Part shown: positions 30,804 through 34,996 of the stretch, piece by piece
Layout of the letters: every line of letters starts with the position of its first letter
Position numbering within the stretch: position 1 is the stretch's first letter
NCBI GenBank assembly: GCA_048527645.1
Contig: DBGFNI010000014.1
Span: forward strand, 1-34,996
From: Eubacteriales bacterium
Lineage (GTDB): Bacteria > Bacillota > Clostridia > Oscillospirales > CAG-272
Length of the DNA: 34,996 nucleotides
Reading direction: 5' to 3'
Made by a program: the position numbers and the translations under genes
The notes under the pieces: generated by a model
The model's database searches: none
What the model saw: the letters and a program-made list of their open reading frames with translations, nothing else
What the model was told of the DNA's origin: nothing

Positions 30804-31646
30804 ATGAAACCATTGAAACGATTTCGTTTTTTATTGATACTGCTGGTCGCGGTGTGCGCGCTGTGCGCGGTCTTTTCCGCCTTTGCGTTTCGCGGCGGCA
30901 GCGGCAATGTCACCGACGCTTTGCATGCGGCGTTTTCCCCGGCGCGCGGCTTTTTCTCAAGCGCGGGAAAACAGATCGGAAAAATCGGCGTGTGGCTGCG
31001 TGACAAGGAAGAGATGCAGGAGCAAATCGTCAACCTCGAAAAAGAACTTGCCCAAAAAGAGCAGGAATTGACCGCGCTGCGTGAAAAGAGCGAAAACAAT
31101 GATTTTCTCACCGAGATGCTCGAACTGAAAAAGGAGCATACCGACTATCAGTTTGTCTATGCCAATGTGCTTGCTGCAAACATGAACAACACCTCCTCCG
31201 AACTGATTTTGAACAAAGGGGAAAACTGGGGCATCCGAAAGGGCATGCCGGTGCTGTCGGCAGAGGGGCTTGTCGGTGTTGTGCGAACGGTCAGTCAGGA
31301 AAGCTGCACAGTGGCGCCGGTCGGCGACAAGTCGGTGCAGCTGGGCGTGTATTTAGAGCCGGGCGGCGGCTTGGGGCTGTTGCAGGGCGAACTGGAGCTG
31401 TGGGAAAAAGGGCAGGTTGCCGTCACGGGGCTACCGCGGGAAACGGCGGTGGAGCCGGGGGACACGGTTCGCACCTCGGGGAGCAGCGGGCTGTATCCGC
31501 GTGGCCTTGCCGTGGGGACGGTGCGCGAAATACAAACCGATCACAGCAACGGAAATCTCTATCTGCTGGTGGAGCCGCTGTGTCAGACAGAGCAGCTGGA
31601 TGAGGTGATGATTTTGACCTCGTTCTCCACACGGATTGAATCGTAA
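30804..31646 (+). CDS. mreC: Rod shape-determining protein MreC
   Basis: 280 aa. N-terminal TM, then a coiled coil (IVNLEKELAQKEQELTALREK), then a beta-barrel region with GMPVLSAEGLVGVVRTV and TSG.SGLYPRGLAVG. Confidence 0.85.
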   Translation: MKPLKRFRFLLILLVAVCALCAVFSAFAFRGGSGNVTDALHAAFSPARGFFSSAGKQIGKIGVWLRDKEEMQEQIVNLEKELAQKEQELTALREKSENNDFLTEMLELKKEHTDYQFVYANVLAANMNNTSSELILNKGENWGIRKGMPVLSAEGLVGVVRTVSQESCTVAPVGDKSVQLGVYLEPGGGLGLLQGELELWEKGQVAVTGLPRETAVEPGDTVRTSGSSGLYPRGLAVGTVREIQTDHSNGNLYLLVEPLCQTEQLDEVMILTSFSTRIES

Positions 31647-31696
31647 AGCCGGATAACTGTGCAAAATAGAATTCAGAAGAAAATGAGGAAACCGAA

Positions 31697-32878
31697 GTGA
31701 GTCAGATCCAGGAAATCATTCTTTGTAAATACGGAGAAATTGCGCTGAAGGGCGCAAACCGAAAATATTTTGAAGATTTGCTGTGCCGTCAGCTGCGCCG
31801 CCGGATGAAGCGGCACGGGGATTTTGCGGTGGAGCGCTCGCAGAGCACAATCCGCATTGAGCCGTTAAACGACTTTTGCAACATTGACGGCGCGTTTGCC
31901 GACGCCAAAAAGGTGTTCGGCCTTGTGGGGGTCAGCCGTTCCGCCCGCTGTGAAAAAAGCATGGAGCAGCTCTGTGAGACGCTGCGCCGCTGGGTGCCCG
32001 AGCAGCTTGCCGGAGCAAAAACCTTTAAGGTGGAGGCAAAGCGCAGCGACAAGACCTTTCCGCTTGCATCTCCGGAGATTTGCCGGGAGTGCGGCGGGGT
32101 GATCCTTGAGACGATGCCTCGCCTGCATGTCGATGTGCATCATCCCGACGTCACGGTCAGGATTGAAATCAGAGACACGGCGGCGTATATTCACGCCGGA
32201 CAGGACAAGGGTGCCGGCGGCATGCCCATCGGATCCAACGGCAAGGGACTGCTGCTGCTCTCCGGCGGAATCGACAGTCCGGTGGCCGGACATATGATTG
32301 CCAAAAGAGGCGTGCAGATTGAAGCGCTGCATTTTGAGAGCATGCCGTATACCTCCGACCGCGCCCGTGAAAAGGTGATGGAGCTGGCGAAAAAAATGAC
32401 GGAGTATTGCGGCGATATCCGTCTGCATATCATCTCCGTGACCAAAATTCAGGAAGAATTGGTCAAACATTGTGAGGAGGATTATTTCACGCTGCTGCTG
32501 CGCCGCTTTATGATGCGTCTGGCGAATATGACGGCACAGCGCAACGGCTGTTCGGCGCTGATCACCGGGGAGAGCCTTGGACAGGTTGCAAGTCAGACCA
32601 TGCAGGCAATCGGCGTAACCAACGCGTTGGCGCAGTTGCCGGTGTTCCGTCCCTGCATCGGGCTGGACAAGGAGGAAATTGTATGCGTGGCGCGCCGGAT
32701 TGATACGTTTGATCTCTCCATACTGCCGTATGAGGACTGCTGTACGGTCTTTACGCCAAAGCATCCCAGAACCCGCCCCGAGCTGTGCAAGGTGGAGCGG
32801 GAAGAGGAAAAGGTGGACGTTGAGGCGCTGACGCAGGAGGCCTTTGAGACGCTGTATACCGTTGACATCAAACGATAA
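31697..32878 (+). CDS. thiI: tRNA 4-thiouridine(8) synthase ThiI (no rhodanese domain)
   Basis: 393 aa with a GTG start. The N-terminus is a ferredoxin-like and THUMP region (KYGEIALKGANR). The PP-loop is LLLLSGGIDSPVA. Confidence 0.9.
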   Translation: MSQIQEIILCKYGEIALKGANRKYFEDLLCRQLRRRMKRHGDFAVERSQSTIRIEPLNDFCNIDGAFADAKKVFGLVGVSRSARCEKSMEQLCETLRRWVPEQLAGAKTFKVEAKRSDKTFPLASPEICRECGGVILETMPRLHVDVHHPDVTVRIEIRDTAAYIHAGQDKGAGGMPIGSNGKGLLLLSGGIDSPVAGHMIAKRGVQIEALHFESMPYTSDRAREKVMELAKKMTEYCGDIRLHIISVTKIQEELVKHCEEDYFTLLLRRFMMRLANMTAQRNGCSALITGESLGQVASQTMQAIGVTNALAQLPVFRPCIGLDKEEIVCVARRIDTFDLSILPYEDCCTVFTPKHPRTRPELCKVEREEEKVDVEALTQEAFETLYTVDIKR

Positions 32879-32901
32879 GCGCATAGGAGAGAACGGAAAC
32901 G

Positions 32902-34494
32902 ATGAAAAGAATGAAACGGACATGTCATGTGCTGCTCTGCGTTTTGTGCTGCCTGTCTCTTCTGCTGTCCGGGTGCACCCGGCAGACGGAAGAGGAGCCG
33001 CCGGAGCAGACCGGGCCGGTCTATGTGCTGACCTATACTGTGAGCGGTGAGGGCTGCGGCAGGATCATCGGCAACACGGAGCAGGAGCTGCGGGCGGGCG
33101 AACCGTCGCAGACGGTTTGCGCCGCGCCGGAGCCGGGATATGTGTTTGTGCGTTGGAGCGACGGCAGCACGGAGGACTTGCGGCAGGGGGACATCATCAC
33201 AGAGGATACCACCCTGACTGCGGAATTCGCACTGGATATGAAGCCGCTGGAAATGCCGATGCTTTCTATTTATACGGAAAACGGAAAGGCAGTCACCTCC
33301 AAGGAGGAATATATCAACGCGACCATTTCCATCTCAAATACCGATGAGGATAATCTGCTCACCGATGAGGCAATGCAGATCCGCGGACGGGGAAATTCCT
33401 CCTGGAAACTGCAAAAAAAATCCTATCGTCTCAAGCTGGACAACGCCCGCAATCTGCTCGGACAGGGCAAGGGGCCGGCAAAGGACTGGGTGCTGCTTGC
33501 CAACCATTCCGATTTGTCCCTGATGCGCAATTACACGGTGTTTTATATGGCGCAGCGCATGTCGGGACTTGCTTATACCACCTCTGCGGGATTTGTGGAG
33601 CTGGTGGTCAACGACGAGTATTTGGGGGTCTATCTGCTGTGCGAGCAGGTTGAGGTCAGTCCGTTCCGCGTGGATGTGGAAAAGGGCTCATCCAACGCAG
33701 ACACCGGCTATCTGATTGAGCTGGACTGCCGCTCTTCCTCCGAATACGATGAGAAATGCTTTTTGCTGGAGGGGCTTCCCTATGTGGTGAAGAGTGACAT
33801 TGTCAACGACGCGCAGCTGACCTTTATCCGCGATTATATGATTCAGGTTGCGGAAGTGATAAACAGCGGCGATCAGGCGCTGATTGAGAGCTATGTCGAT
33901 CTGGACTCCATGGTCGACATGTATATCGTGCAGGAATATTTCAAGAACATTGACAGCGGTTGGGCGAGCTTCTATATGTATAAGGATGTGGGCGGAAAGC
34001 TGAAGTTCGGCCCGGTGTGGGATTTTGATATTTCCGCGGGGAACGATTACCGTCTCAATGAGGGCGACTATAAGGAATTGTACAACAGCCCGGACTATGT
34101 TGTTGTCGGGGATACACATCCCAATCAAATGCTGGTTGAAATGATGAAGTACGGTTGGTTTGAGCAGCTGGTGATCGCCCGTTGGCGGGAGGTTGCGCCG
34201 GTAGTGGAGCAGACCATCGAACAGATACAGAAGACCGTTGACGCAAACCGCCAGGCGCTGCTGCGAAATTTTGAGCGGTGGCAGGTGTTGGGAACCCGTC
34301 AGGCGGTGTATCACGAGCCCAACAGCATTCTGATTTTGGATACCTATGAGGAACAGGTGGAATATCTGATCAACTGGCTCAATGACCGAAAAGATTGGCT
34401 GGATCAGTATTTTGCACGGAGAAGTATTGTGCTGGAGACGATTGCGGCGGCAACCGCACAGCCCGTTGTCCAGAGCGCCCGAAAAGGATATTGA
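32902..34494 (+). CDS. CotH-family (atypical kinase fold) lipoprotein with an N-terminal Listeria/Bacteroides-type repeat domain
   Basis: Signal peptide plus lipobox LLSGC. The N-domain reads YVLTYTVSGEGCG...PEPGYVFVRWSDGS...TLTAEF. The CotH core has IRGRGNSSW...KKSYRLKL and DWVLLANHSD.SLMRN. The stop is 3 nt before the next ATG. Confidence 0.85.
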   Translation: MKRMKRTCHVLLCVLCCLSLLLSGCTRQTEEEPPEQTGPVYVLTYTVSGEGCGRIIGNTEQELRAGEPSQTVCAAPEPGYVFVRWSDGSTEDLRQGDIITEDTTLTAEFALDMKPLEMPMLSIYTENGKAVTSKEEYINATISISNTDEDNLLTDEAMQIRGRGNSSWKLQKKSYRLKLDNARNLLGQGKGPAKDWVLLANHSDLSLMRNYTVFYMAQRMSGLAYTTSAGFVELVVNDEYLGVYLLCEQVEVSPFRVDVEKGSSNADTGYLIELDCRSSSEYDEKCFLLEGLPYVVKSDIVNDAQLTFIRDYMIQVAEVINSGDQALIESYVDLDSMVDMYIVQEYFKNIDSGWASFYMYKDVGGKLKFGPVWDFDISAGNDYRLNEGDYKELYNSPDYVVVGDTHPNQMLVEMMKYGWFEQLVIARWREVAPVVEQTIEQIQKTVDANRQALLRNFERWQVLGTRQAVYHEPNSILILDTYEEQVEYLINWLNDRKDWLDQYFARRSIVLETIAAATAQPVVQSARKGY

Positions 34495-34497
34495 CCC

Positions 34498-34996
34498 ATG
34501 AAAAAGATGCTTTTGCCCCAACAGCGCAGCGCGGGCTTTTTGCTCGGTGCAGACGGCTTTCTGTCTGTCATTTCGCTTTTGACGGCATTATACGGCGTGG
34601 CGATGATCTATTCCGCGACCCGTATTTTTGAAACATATAAATATGTTTTGATTCAGTTGACAGCGGTGCTGCTGGGATACTTTGCAATGATTCTGGTCTC
34701 CCATCTGCGCTATAAAACCTTTGTGCGGTATACCAGATGGTTTTTGTATTTTGCCGCGCTGGCGCTGCTGGTGCTGACGCTTGCCATCGGCACCGGAGAG
34801 GGAAACCGGAGCTGGATCCGTTTCAGCTTTATGCCGATTGGATTTCAGCCGTCCGAATTTGTCAAGATTCTGTTTATTCTGACCTTCGCCTTTCATCTGG
34901 GAAAGGTCAAGGACCGTCAAAACAGTTTTCTCACATTTCTGATGCTTTGTCTGCATGCGTTTGTGATCATCGGTATGGTGGTTTTGCAGGGAGATT
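34498..34996 (+). CDS. SEDS-family glycosyltransferase (RodA/FtsW/SpoVE), 5' partial, runs off the window
   Basis: My own translation from ATG 34498 stays open to the window end: MKKMLLPQQRSAGFLLGADGFLSVISLLTALYGVAMIYSAT...IGFQPSEFVKILFILTFAFHL. The QPSEF.K motif and the TM pattern are typical of SEDS proteins. It is absent from the ORF track because it has no stop codon. Confidence 0.85.
   Translation, partial: MKKMLLPQQRSAGFLLGADGFLSVISLLTALYGVAMIYSATRIFETYKYVLIQLTAVLLGYFAMILVSHLRYKTFVRYTRWFLYFAALALLVLTLAIGTGEGNRSWIRFSFMPIGFQPSEFVKILFILTFAFHLGKVKDRQNSFLTFLMLCLHAFVIIGMVVLQGD

Noticed and set aside
1-34996. CRISPR arrays, tRNA or rRNA genes, IS elements, integrases, and prophage or defence-island signatures.
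   Set aside because: No regularly spaced repeats, no cloverleaf-like conserved tRNA boxes and no transposase, integrase or recombinase-like ORFs were seen on either strand. The gene content is housekeeping apart from the loci listed in the findings.

Overview
This is a high-GC chromosomal segment from a Clostridia-type Firmicute. The taxonomic call rests on SLH-domain, CotH and SEDS proteins, a DUF4321-maf-mreB-mreC block and a glycine riboswitch. I call 32 protein-coding genes, one of them truncated at the right edge. I found no rRNA, tRNA, CRISPR array, transposase or integrase by eye. All family assignments come from reading motifs in the supplied translations; no alignments or HMM searches were run.

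Left to right the window holds:
- glycerate kinase, an SLH-anchored putative wall hydrolase, and a YqeG phosphatase;
- a 7-gene minus-strand operon (3537-8184) with its own consensus promoter and terminator. It fuses an HPr-kinase-like P-loop protein, a PqqD-family protein and an S24/S26-type peptidase to a CpsB/CpsC/CpsD tyrosine phosphatase, modulator and kinase module plus an Ig-like membrane protein;
- a roughly 10.4 kb co-directional minus-strand string: fba, DegT aminotransferase, MurJ-like flippase, GH29 fucosidase, GH27 alpha-galactosidase, a Cys-rich mini-ORF, metF, a stand-alone MetH activation-domain protein and a core MetH;
- an EndoA-type MazF toxin with no visible antitoxin;
- upp, a MocR regulator and a Cthe_2159-like lipoprotein;
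- a glycine-riboswitch-controlled alanine/glycine:cation symporter;
- zapA, a U32 peptidase, DUF4321, maf, mreB, mreC, thiI, a CotH lipoprotein and the 5' part of a RodA/FtsW/SpoVE gene.

The best candidate for an undescribed system is the HprK-like/PqqD/S24 triad. It looks like RiPP machinery but has no visible precursor, cyclase or radical-SAM enzyme, and it is translationally coupled to an orphan BY-kinase module that has no glycosyltransferases.
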